This document shows positions 1-12,257 of a DNA stretch of 64,000 nucleotides, one piece after another. The DNA is from Phallusia mammillata (Eukaryota), in assembly GCA_965637545.1 (NCBI GenBank), contig OZ281500.1, forward strand, positions 16,616,001 to 16,680,000, in the 5' to 3' direction. A model generated the notes under the pieces. The model saw nothing but the letters and a program-made list of their open reading frames with translations. It did no database searches and had not been told where the DNA came from. Numbering within the stretch: position 1 is the first letter of the stretch; every line of letters starts with the position of its first letter. Both the position numbers and the translations under genes were made by a program.

Positions 1-981
1 AACGTGAAAGATAAATCTGTGTTGTGCAGTGGTATGGGCCATACATACGAAAACCACACATGACACAAACATAAACGCCAGATATGACAGGTAGATCGCC
101 AAATGCTCTGCCGTTTAACATATTTAACCGATACAGTTGGGGTTGTATAGGATGTCGAAACGTCGATTGTATATAATAAAACTGCTAGCAATACTCGGTT
201 ATACATTATGTCTGGCAGTAACAGTTTATTAATATGGGGTTGTCATTAATAATTATTAATTATAGATTATAATCATTATCAGCACAAATAACCCGACCGT
301 TTATTATGCTATCTTTGAAATTTGTCACAGATGTGTTTGCAGTGTATGAGCATAACTCGCAGCAGTTTTTTTGGTTTCAGTCGAGCGTGATCGTTTTGTG
401 CTGAAAAATGAGGTTATCGCATGGTTTCTGATACGGTTTAAGAAAGTTCAAAAACGTGGGGCTTAGTGATGCAAAACCTTCTGGCCAATCAGCTACAAAC
501 CTCTAATTTTTTAAACAACGAATGACGATGTCAATTGTGACGTTGTCCAATCACATCGTGTTCTATTTGAGAAATCAAAATGTCGCAATGCTACGAGACA
601 ATCATTTGCGGTTGTTGTACTCTGTAGAGGACGCTTATAACACAGCAACTGCTAGCTAGAATTCGAAGAACTGTTCGTAAGGAAGTATTTGGCAAAAGAA
701 TGCACAGTGAGTGGTCTTGGTGACAACAGCTTTACTCCAGTAAGTGTATGTTTATTATTCATAAAGTAAATATAACACATTAGGCAATTTGCAAGTAAAG
801 ACAGGTGAGAATTAGTGTTTAGATTCAGTTTAAGCCAAAACCGATACGTGGCAACAAAAAGTCTGATTCACATTATGAAAGTCAATTATTGTTATGGTAA
901 GTTTAATATAAGCAAGCCAGAATCTCCTACTTCTTATTTTTCCTGTACAATTGTAATCTAACTCTTTGTCTGTATCTGTAG

Positions 982-1097
982 GTAAGATGAAAGGAAGCAA
1001 ATTATCCAGCAGTGTTATAAAGTGAATTGGAAGATGCTGTTTATTGGGTGTTTCCTGAGCTGTTTATTTTGTACGTCGAACTTTTATTTGTCAAAGT
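982..1097 (+). other. Candidate exon encoding a signal-peptide-like start (ATG 1034, MLFIGCFLSCLFCTSNFYLSK)
   Basis: Acceptor CTGTATCTGTAG at 981, phase-1 donor GTGAGT at 1098, upstream donor GTAAGT at 740. I found no matching downstream exon. Confidence 0.25.
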
Positions 1098-4000
1098 GTG
1101 AGTACTGTCGTTATGCGCTAAAAATATATTGCAAAGAGACCATATTTGATGTATTGTGTTTGCTGGAGAGGTCAGTGGGATAAAAACGCAGTAAATTATA
1201 GCTGATCATAGTTAAAATGGTGAAAATTGTCAGATAACCGAAAAAGGCCCAAAGAAAAAACGGAGAAAAGCTGGCAAAGGCCCGCAGATGAACCATACAA
1301 AAATTCTTATCTATGATTGATCTGTGGTCCGGCGTCAAGTTTCATGGCAAGTTAGGTAGATATAGGTTCCTGATATCATTGGCTCAGTATCAACTTTTCA
1401 TCCTACTTTTTCCCCGGGTTTCCATTTCGGGGGAAAAGTCATGGATGGCGGGAGATAATTTTTCTGACTGGGTTATGATCGGAAATATATAACGCAGGTT
1501 CAATACTAATTAAAATATAACTCCAAATAAATTGTACGTGAAAATCAATATGGCAATCTGTTACACGCTGTCATGTTCTAACACGCATGGCAGCACAGCA
1601 CATAGCACCCCAAAACATGTTTGTTTGTGATGTGGGATTCAATGGATTCAATCAAACTTATTAGTCACCTAAATTGCGTTTTCGGTTCCTTGTTAAAATT
1701 GGTGGAAAAATTAGACAATGAACGAAGATGTCGAACTTGTCAAATTGCTAAACCAATCACTAGAAAATTGGGGGGATTATTCTGGTCAGAACACAGCACC
1801 TGCCGGGCCAACTAGTCTTTGCACCCGGCAGATGTGGGCTTTGTGATCTGTAAAAGACTGCTGCCAACTATAAACTCACAGGGTTTATTTTTAGTTATAC
1901 TTACAACAGACCCTAAATCGTTTCAGGCAGATGTTAACAAAAACAATAACCGTATTCATAGAATTTTTTGCATAATTAACAAGTACGTAACAGAAATAAA
2001 ACCCCTTTCAATAACTTACGTCGGACCGAAGATTGTAAAGTATGTCGAACATTTTGCACTTTGATGTTTCGTACTGCCGTCGTCTTAAAAACAAGCACTT
2101 CGTCTTAAATACAAGCAACACGTAAATCAAGAAAAAGTAATACAACAAACATTGTAAGTACGATACGCAACAATATTATTAGCTTTAAGAAACGTTACTG
2201 GGTTTTTAAACCAATAGCATTAATACAAAGCAAATCTGAAAGTAAGATTTTCGGGTCGGGTTAAGGTTCGAGCCGGGTTTGGGTAGGGTTCGGGGTTGAA
2301 CTTAGATAAAACTGACTTGATGCGGGCCAGACTATACACAAGCAGGGCCATTTTACCCCGCAATTTTGGCCAACTATTGGGCTGGTTTTCGGGTTCTAGA
2401 CGCAATTTTATGCCTGCTTTTAAAGCCAAATGGGTAAAAAGCACTGTCCTACAACGCATTTCTTGAAATAAACCGCCTTTGTTTCCGTTTTTGATCAGTC
2501 CCGACATTTCGGCCTTAACAGCTAGCGGCACGCAACCGCTAAAAACGATTATGCATAGTAAATTGAGTTAAATAGTATTATTTAAATCAAAACCAAGCAA
2601 TTTATAAAAGTGAATTCAACCAATGATTGTTAAAAAAATGTATACTACTCTTTTTAAAAAGCGGTATGCATACACACATGTTTGGGTTCAAAAGAAACTT
2701 GAGTAAGACTGAGTGAAACAAGTTTGATTGATTTCGATTCCAATTCCCCACCACACCCAAACCCATGTCTGAATCAAATTTGGTCACCTAGTTTACAAAA
2801 TGGTCCCTTTCTTGCCGTTCTTTCGACCCCGCCGAGTTCACGGAGTGAAAAGAGTGACGCAATTGAATGTCACAAACAGTTAAGTCGCGAAATGAATTAT
2901 TTATTACTGATAAAGCTTGATGTATTCATTTGAGGTCTTCAACTAACGATGCCCGGCTAGTGATTGGCGGTTTAAGAGCAAATTCATAACACATCTACTT
3001 GTTCCTATAGGTGGACATATTTCCGAAAAAGCTAAAAGTTACGGCATTGTTTAAATTATGTTTGTGTCCTAGCAGATTTAAATGCACACCCAAATAGCAA
3101 CAAAACCCATACAAAGTTTAATGATATCATAATGATCCAACACAAGTTGGCGATACTACTGGTAATTTTAAATGATGTTATCGTAGACAAACTTCCTATG
3201 ACGGACACGTTGGCTTAAACACCGAACCAAAAACGATTTACCTTCTACCGTGGTTCTAGCTTTTCGTCGTACAACACGTCAGGAAGTGCTTTTAATATGA
3301 CAGAAGAGTCTTTCAACAATGATCAACAGTAAAACTGCCCTTAAAACAGCTTAATGCATTGCAACGAAACTGAAGCGGTTTTGTCAGTTCTCCCTGGTTA
3401 ACAGACAGCCATGAGCCCCTGTAATTGCTGTCTAAATAAACAAAAATCAAAAAGTGGAAGACAAAATTTCGATGCAAGAAGATACGATAGGGATTACAGA
3501 TAGGCAAATTTTGCAAGTTGATAATCTTATGGTTAAAAGTGCAGTGATTGAAACACTTAATATTATATACTCGGGGACATTTTAAAAGTTTAAGGCAGCC
3601 TTGCACCGCCCATTGTGTTAAGGCCACGTCGGCAGTTTGCTGCATGCATTTTAGCTTAAAATGGAAAAAAAATATGGGTTTTATCTACCAAACTGCATCA
3701 AAATTAAAGTAATTAATGGGTGTTTATGCCTATATCTAAGTCTAAGTTAACGCCAAGTGAACAACTTTGCGCTTCGTAAAGACAAATAGGGAAAAGTCGT
3801 GGTAGACATTTCACTATATTCCACTCCAAAATAGATTTCTTCAAAAACTATTTCTGGGTTTCTTTGACCGTAACAGCAAGCCTAAGGTTATTGCGCACAC
3901 AACAAAATTTTCGCACGAAATGCCTTTGTAGAAAACTGGATCCCAAAATTTTCGCTTTGCGTGAGATGCGGTGGAGACATTTTTCCTAAAATATAAGGCG

Positions 4001-6074
4001 TCCATAGTTCATTAGGTATAACTACTGCTGGACCATGCACATTCGGAACACGAAAACAATCTACCTTTACGCCTAAGTTCAAAATTTGTGCGTGACTAAC
4101 GTAGAGATACGAAGAATGCAACTGGCGTGTTGATACAGGTGTTACGTTGTTTAGCCTTTTTCCGTACTGCACACGAAAAAATATGTCTGTTTAATACAAA
4201 ATTGACTTGTTCATTTTGACAGCTTTCCAGTAACGAAGCTGGTAATAGTCTGAATATGCACAACATACGCACTGCTTACGCAAGCTTTGGACAGTCGCAG
4301 CTGTTACCTTCGTTAAAACATTTGACGCCATATGGCTGACACTGACTCCAGGTACAGCAAATTAGCGAGATGTTTTGTGACAAATAGACGTTACGAATTG
4401 AACATGTTTTTATTGTATTGCTCTGTTTTTCATGTCTTGTCTGCTCTGACAACAAGCTAGGGATAAATGGTCATTTAATTGACCTTCGTCAAATACAGCT
4501 ACTGGCAATGTCCAAATTACACTAAAATACGGCTCGCTTACCTGCATTAAATGTGCAAACGTACTAGTAACCAAAATTTCATTTCCTAATTGAATCGATA
4601 AATTTAATGCAATGCGATCGCGTTATTTATTGGTATTCAATAATTAATACAAAGTTAATAATCAATGTGTATTAAGCCGCATAAATCTGAAGCAGAAAGA
4701 TTTTCTACTCAATGCAAACAATATTGTATAGTATTCACTTTATAGCTAAAATCAGGTCTATTAAACTGAGCGAAGCAACCTTAAAATAAGTGCCCAATCC
4801 GTTAGGGATAACCTATTTCTAATGGTAAAAAGACGACACGTTATCGTCAAAGGTGACCAACCAGCCCACTTTTTTGACAAACATTTCGCGCAAACAGTTA
4901 AAATCGACTAGTTTGCAAAAAGTTATTCTTCTGTTAGTTTCAATGAACAATTACCACAAATCAAAACATTTCTGTCTGTTAGCCACAACGTTGCCGTAAG
5001 TTTAATCTGGCGAAAGATTCAACCCGGTTTGAAATGGCCTACATTTATAATCAAGCAAGATATGCAAAAAATAATGAAAGCGTTTTTTTACTGTCCTCAC
5101 AAGACAATTTTCTTTGCAGTTAAAAGAGGACATGTCCTTCAAAAATAGATAGTATGACAGGCCAACATTCGTACAATGAAATCAACTATTTACCAGACTC
5201 CACAGCCTCCGTTTAAACGCGAAACTACCTGGCTTTTAACATTTCAATAGGCAGACCCTAAACAGAATCAACAAAAATTCACTAGTGGTAAAAGCGACGG
5301 CAAATACGACTGGCCTTGTTTAAGCTTTTGACTGTTACAGTAGCGATATTCACTATATTAGTTGGTTATCAAGTGACTGCGGCGACTAGAAAAAGGGACA
5401 TTGGTCTGCTGTGAACAGCCACGACACCTTTTGCGTTTGGCGGGAAATCGATAACGGTTTATCGGCGGAAAGTGGGTCCTCGTTCCAACCGCACAAACAA
5501 TTACGGCGTTAATACCTGCGCTCAAAGCTAGAAATGCTATTTCCAAAATAAGAACAACGCAAAACAAATTAGACCAGTCACAATAAATATATTTAAAACC
5601 CAACGACTAATACATGCTGCTTTATATTCCGGCGATAACTGAGTTTTTTTGCAATGCTTGTTTCTGATGCGTGCTCTTTCTGCAAAGAAACGCAGTAAAT
5701 GTTGTCAAACACTCCAGCAACAGCCCTTAAAAGGTGTGATGGCTCCTCAACGGTTGATATGCATTTGTAACTAGATACTAGGATTTATCGTCGCAACGAG
5801 TTTAGGTCTGAGATTTTTGGAGTGCAAACATGATACGCGGCAACGTTATGGACGAGCTTAGATCCTTCAAACTATGTCAATTTACGAGGCACACTCGTTG
5901 GTTAACAACCGCACACTGTGAACTATGCTTTGGGCAATAAAGATAGGGGTACGGTCAATAAATTTCACGATTTCGGCGGTTTGTTGTCAAGTTACACAAC
6001 AGCCAACCAAGCAAAAATATATAAGCTATTGCTGTCAGGCATAATATCAAGTTTGTAGAGATCTTCTGGCAAAT

Positions 6075-6125
6075 GTAATTTTATTCCGACGTTTCGACGT
6101 CCTATTATACAGGTCGTTTTGGGGG
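6075..6125 (-). mobile_element. Degenerate Penelope-type hammerhead/pLTR relic
   Basis: Minus strand reads CGACCT-GTATAAT-AGGACG-TCGAAACGTCGG-AATAAAA; the CTGANGA box is decayed. Confidence 0.3.
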
Positions 6126-6433
6126 CTTAACACATTGAAAGTATGCGGTATTAAGTCAAACCCTAAAACTTTCTGTTCAGCTGTTGTTAACATTCCAGAA
6201 GGACATTATTGCATTATCGCGTTAAATTTCGAACTGGTCACAAATCGAAGTTTTCCAATAACTCTCAACAAGTTATATAGCCAATATTATTTTCGTTATA
6301 CCATAGCAACGAAGGCAAGTATTTTAAAAACTGTTACGCGTCAGTAAAGCGACCACTCTTTAACAATTTGCAAACAAATTTGCATTTAGCATTTATCGTT
6401 TCTTTATCAGCTAATAAAGGTAACATAACTATG

Positions 6434-6607
6434 CAGAGTTGTTTAAGCGGGCCCGAAATTGAGTCTCGTATGCAACTGTAAAAAACCGAAACCTGGACCG
6501 AAAAAAACGAACCTCGAATTATACCCGAATTTACAAACCCAATGTTAAAATTAAGCAAAATGTGGTCCGGACACGACCCATAAAGCCTAGCCCGACTTAT
6601 GACTTTG
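6434..6607. mobile_element. Possible decayed MITE with CCCGA-type subterminal repeats
   Basis: Weak terminal inverted similarity and repeated ACCCGA/ACCGAA motifs; similar motifs occur in reverse near 2250-2330. No TSD. Confidence 0.3.
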
Positions 6608-6797
6608 CAACAAACTACAACTTAGTGACAGAAACGCGGTAACCTATCTAAGTTTTGGTCGGCAACAGTGTATCACTTCTGGCACTACAGGCTTCCATAT
6701 GTAAGTACAGCACAGCAACCGTTGCCAAGAAATTGTGTGTCAGAATTTGTAGCAAACTAAAACCCCAAAGTTTTGTACTCGGAAGATTCTGTTAAAC

Positions 6798-6992
6798 CAG
6801 GGGTGCACAACCTGCGGTCGCAGAGACGAGTTTGTGCGACCGTAAACATGTTTATTGAAATATATGCGGCTGTGACGGAAATAAGACCACATTTCCAACT
6901 ATTTTGATTCTCAAGCTGCTCTAAACAGATTTTGAGGGTGAAATAAGGATCTGCAATGCGGCTGTAGTGGCGAAAAGGTTGTGCACACCCTG
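6798..6992. mobile_element. hAT-type MITE, 195 bp
   Basis: TIRs CAGGGGTGCACAACCT / AGGTTGTGCACACCCTG; 8-bp TSD TGTTAAAC / AGTTAAAC (7 of 8 match). Confidence 0.8.
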
Positions 6993-7049
6993 AGTTAAAC
7001 GAACAGAAATACATGACGTGTTTGTCATGAGCTACTACAACCTCGACTG

Positions 7050-7092
7050 AATCAGTGACCAAGCGATAAAAATCAGTGACCAAGCGATAAAA
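7050..7092. repeat. 21-bp direct tandem duplication
   Basis: AATCAGTGACCAAGCGATAAA twice. Confidence 0.9.
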
Positions 7093-8759
7093 TTTCTTTT
7101 ATAAAGGTTTAAAAAAATCAGTTTTTGTTTGATGCAAAACAACTGTGTCACATTATTTCATAAATCGTCTAATAATAGCAAAAAACCTTTCGAGAACGTT
7201 GCATAACGGATTTTGACAGAATGCAAACATATCAACACATTTTGATAAAAACATAACGACATGCATTTAATTTAAACATTGAAAGTCACACCGGTTCGTG
7301 ACAAGGTGTCTGGCAACGACGCCAGGAGGTGTGAGATAAAATTTATATTTAGACTATTTTCCCCTGGGAAAAGGTTCAATGAAAAGGTTGCTGCCAATTT
7401 ATTTTGACATTTAACAAGACTGGAGACTCAGTGGTTGATCAAAGGTGTGAAATGGAATTAAAAAAGACTAACATGATTTTCCGAATGTCTGCTATGAAAG
7501 AGGGATTTCCAATCCTTTCATTGGTGTTTTTGTCATTTATTGGATGGCAACTGTAACGGGTGGCTTTTATGTCATTCCTAAATAAGTGTTTTGTTTTAAA
7601 AATGTACTTTATCTTTACCAGGGTTTACTGCTGAGTTTCTTTACTTTATTTCATTCACTTCACCATTGTTTTAGCGCATTTGCAACCTCTAGCTTTTGCC
7701 GCCGTGTCCTGTTTTTACGTGCAGTGTTTTTACAATGAGTTACTATGTTTGTTACGTCAAAGTACGTGTAAACAATATAGGATACTCAAACAAATCGATA
7801 ACTATTTGGACCAGAAAACACTGGTATTGTGTTGTGTAAAACTGTTTCATAACTAAACTTCCAAGTCATACCACTATTCTGATCAAGTAAAGTTCGCTTA
7901 CGATAATTAAGTCATCAAAAAGGTATTTCCTCTGACCTAGCTGCAAACTATGCATTGATTTTGTCACACTTCATTAATTCTGAACAATGAACTACGGACA
8001 CACGACAAACACACAAAGAATTTAACACAATGCCTTCTCTTGACTTTTGTAAAAGTTGAGTGACACTCCAAACATATACATCCCAAACCGGAAAAATAAT
8101 TACGAAAAATAAGCCAGCACCCGCAAAAAATTACTACTTTAACCCCGTAACTAGAAAGTAATAGTAGCCAAACACATACACTTTGGCAATAATTAAGAGT
8201 CTCAGTTTTTGTGATCTATCTCCGTAGCACTTAAGTAAACTTTGGCCGGCCGATAAAAGTTCGTCCTGATTTACGATAGTTAATCTACATCAAACAACAG
8301 GTAGATCCACTCTCTGTCGTACTGGTTAATTTTAAGGTAATAGCGATTGGGAGAGGTTGTTTACCAAGTACATTTGTTTGGTCGCTTTCTCGCTGAAAGT
8401 GGACAGGCCATTTATCTTTTTAATACTGACCTACGGATTACTGACACTATCCAGTGACTGTTTCAATATTGTTGGTTTTTTCTGCAGATCAACTGATAAG
8501 AATTTGTCACCCTGTGTAGTCATGGCAAATTGCGTTAAACATTAACATGGTGGTTCCAATATTTTTTGACTGAACGTTTTAAGTAAACTTGCGCTAACAA
8601 CAAAAGTTACAAATATGCCACAAAAGGGGATGTAAGATTTCTTGCCTCTAGCGGCGCAAACTGTTATGTACGGTTGCCAGGAAGATCGTCCTGGCATTGC
8701 TATTGTCGCAACAATGACTTTGTGACGTAAAATCCATTGTGGTGCAATTACCTCGTGCG

Positions 8760-9609
8760 AGACCGCATGGTTATTAGTTATTAGTGTCTGTGATGTGCTG
8801 AACGCATGAAAGTGAGTTGTGATAGCTAAGTAACGACATTCTGATTGTATTTGAAACAGAAATTTTACTGCAAATGTGCAAAAGTTGTACCTAAGTAAAT
8901 TGGACCTGTGAACTTTGCGCTGAGCATTGGAATATTGTGACCCGATTAATTTACTGTGGGCAAGATTCGGCGTACATCGATCTGTGCGAGGAAGTGACTT
9001 GGTTGCATTGCTGTACGCCGGTATGTTTTAATGTAATGGCCTGTATCTTGGTGTGTTTTTATATGTTTTACTCATTTCGCCTTACGATATTTACAGTGTG
9101 AAAACCGTAATCTGTGATTTCCAACTGGGATGTCTAATGCCTGGACCGATCAAAGTTTGGTACGTTATTTGTTTCTCTCCTGTAAATGCGTTTGTCGTTG
9201 TTCCTCGTTCTGACTTTTACTAGTGTTGTTATATTTGCAGAAAACCGCGTTTATTGCGCGCGTCATTCATCTTGGTCGAAATAAAATTCTGTTGCTCGCA
9301 CTGGTAGCTTGTCCAGGCGCTGCACTGAAGGTGCGACGCTACAGGGGAGGAGGAATATTTATTGTACCTTTTGTGTTTTTCTTTTATCAAACAGCGCGGA
9401 AACAATCAGTCAGTGGTTCTTACTCATCTTTAGGTCACATTATACGGACTAATGCAGGACACTTTGTTTTTGAAATGGCCAATAATTTGCAGCCATGTCT
9501 AACTCTAAGAAACCACAAAAAAACTGATAGCTGCCTTCACTTCGGGCTGGGCCAAGTACATTGTTGGCCAAACTACAAGCCAACAGGTAAAAACAAACTC
9601 TGCGTGTGA
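8760..9609 (+). other. Candidate short spliced transcript (lncRNA, 5'UTR exons or small ORF)
   Basis: Consecutive GT-AG introns 8812-8859, 9021-9096 and 9160-9240 downstream of a CpG-rich segment with X-box-like GTTGCCAGGAAG; no recognisable protein. Confidence 0.25.
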
Positions 9610-10411
9610 AATGACATTAAAAATGTGATCTGACTTTTCTGGAATACAAATAACAGTTTCTAACACGTAAAACTTACGACTTCTTTATAAAGTGTCTAAA
9701 AATTTCTTTTCCAATAATGCAGAATATAAACACAACACGAAACTTAGCTTTAATAACAGATTTAAAAACGACAATTTTCGTTTCCCCAAAGGTTCAACAA
9801 AAGTCTGCCAATCTCGTAAAGTAGTGCTTGGTTAAAAATTCTTGCGTCTGTCTGAATTATGCCGCTGTGTTGTTGCAACTTATCCCTGATGAATAGGCTG
9901 GACAAACATTGGCTTGAGGTACAATTACGCCACACACCGCGGAAAAACACAACAATATCGAAAAAGCACGGGCATGAATGAAGGTCAATTCCATGTACCT
10001 GTTTAGTTTCAGCCATTTTATTCTGACTCAATAAAGTCTCCTACAGTTGTAAACCAACCTTTTACAATTTATATACTTGTACTGCCTGCTAAAATTAATT
10101 ACTAAACAAATTGCCAACTTTTAGTTACAATTGCAACTTTCATTGGATAATAAAATTAATATAAAATACCGTTTTTAATCCTAAATTTTTAACCAAATGT
10201 GCAACGTTTATTCTAAACTGTATCAATACATACAGTAGATGTCAATCTGTTTGTAGTCTACACATTTGAATTTTTTTTATTTGACGTGTATATGTTTGCA
10301 AAACACTGAAATCCGAATCTTAATATAAAATAAAAACAACAAAATAAGAAATCGTTGCTAAAACCAAAGTTTATACGAAAGGCAATTTTGCAATTTGTAC
10401 ACTTAGATGTT

Positions 10412-10459
10412 TTTTGTTCTTAGCAAACCTACACAATTTTGTTCTTAGCAAACCTACAC
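10412..10459. repeat. 25-bp-period direct tandem duplication
   Basis: TTTTGTTCTTAGCAAACCTACAC twice. Confidence 0.9.
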
Positions 10460-12257
10460 TATACACTTACTGCTGAACGAAAAGCCCAATTGTCTTAAGA
10501 AAGAGTAATCAGAACAAAACAAACACACAAGAAACTATTATGACCACCAACGTAGCACGCAGTTGACTCTTTAATTGCTACCCAAGGACGTTACTGGACA
10601 TCAGTGCAGTTGCGTGCTTTAGCGAAGACTGCATATGTGAATACCATGCGGCGAATATGAACACACTGCACTAAGCACAACGTACAAACCGACGAAGGGT
10701 GCCGGCCTTATTGTGTATTATACTGACGTCAAATTCCAGCAAGCAAAGTTGTTAATATCGCTCAGTTATCAATTGTGTTAGATATTGCTTGCTGGAATGT
10801 CAGATATTTCTAAATGAAGCGTTGCTTTACCATTTTGATTTTGGAAACAATTATTTTTAAAACGTTTTAAATGTTATTAAGGCAACGCTTTCTAGAAAGC
10901 AAATATTATACGCAATGCACATTGTTGATGCAAGACCTGTTTCATTCCGAAAATACAGTGCTTTACTTTAAAAATAGGTTGTCATGGAAACGAATGCCCA
11001 CCCATGAATTGAATTCTATCATTGAATGTATTTTATATTTGAAACGGAAAAATCGGATTAGCCGTTTCGCCGTTAATGGGTTAAACAAGATTTTAAATTC
11101 AATACAAATTAGCTATTTTCAGCCAGTTAAAGCTATTAAATGCTAAAAGCTGGTCACATTAGCATCAATAAAATTTCCTAAATTTTCTACAGTTGTAATA
11201 CACGTTTTTTAAATGCCTTACAATACTATATATAGCTAGTTTAAACTATTTAGCGCTTAGTCATGGTAGGCTCGCTAAGCTAACATAACACACCTACCTG
11301 CTGTAACCTAGTAGCCTTTAGCCTGTGGCTCATCAGATTTCTCGAGTTAATTTTTTAATATTATCATTACAAAACCAATGCAATAAACACAAATGCCGAA
11401 AAACTATAATACGACACAACTCACCGACAAATAAATTAATTTCTCGACTCAATTTTTTGATACAAAAAGTAAGTCGATTACATCGATAAACTAACACTCG
11501 CATTTTAAATGGAAATGCTTGCTTAATGTTTAGTATCCTTTTCTTTACGTGTTTTATTATTTTTTGCATATGTAACACCCCCGTTAGGCTCATTTATACG
11601 CGAAATACCGAAAATACACTATCACAATCTCAACCCTTCGAAAACGAAATATCGACGTTGTAAGGGTTGAAATCATATTTTGTTCCTTAAAGATAACGTA
11701 GTATTTAAAGCTAGCTGGTGATTTTTTGAAGGTCAACTATATGGTAATGACCTTACTACAAGTTTCATACATATATAAATTTTTTAAGACTTGTTAAGAT
11801 TTTTATTGTGTACAATGATATCTATCGTTCAATAGAACTTTTTGAACATTATCAGGCTGAAATAAATTTTTAAAACCATGTATTTTTTATTTATATATAT
11901 TGTCTGACTTGGTCAGCTCGTCACAGGCTGCTGGTAATTCTGTTTATAGCTGTAAAAATAATAGCAAAGCGACCCAGCAAAATATTTCACACAGCTTATT
12001 TAAGTTGATTATTATCAATAGATTTTTTAATTTGCTGATATTCACATAAATTTGAAAACATTGATCGTGTGGACGGGCTGCTAGCTCGGGGTAACTGCCA
12101 CTTTTGGTATTGGTCTTTTGACATTGGGAGAAGACTGCTCGGCAAGGGAAGATGCCTTCATTTGAAAGCGGTGACGAGCTTTGCGTGGAGCACTGCAATA
12201 AATTCATGAACATTATTGATTGCTTATTCACTGGAGTGCATTAGCTATGACAGGCAA

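Noticed and set aside
1399-1447. Imperfect hairpin CATCC..TTTTCCCCG / CGGGGGAAAA..GGATG
   Set aside because: Short, built on homopolymers, no RNA-family signature.
5358-5603. Hydrophobic ORF resembling a GPCR TM1
   Set aside because: No GN motif, no further TM segments, no splice continuation.
9998-10039. Minus-strand mini-exon MAETKQ with a GTACAT donor
   Set aside because: No coherent downstream exons found; may be chance.
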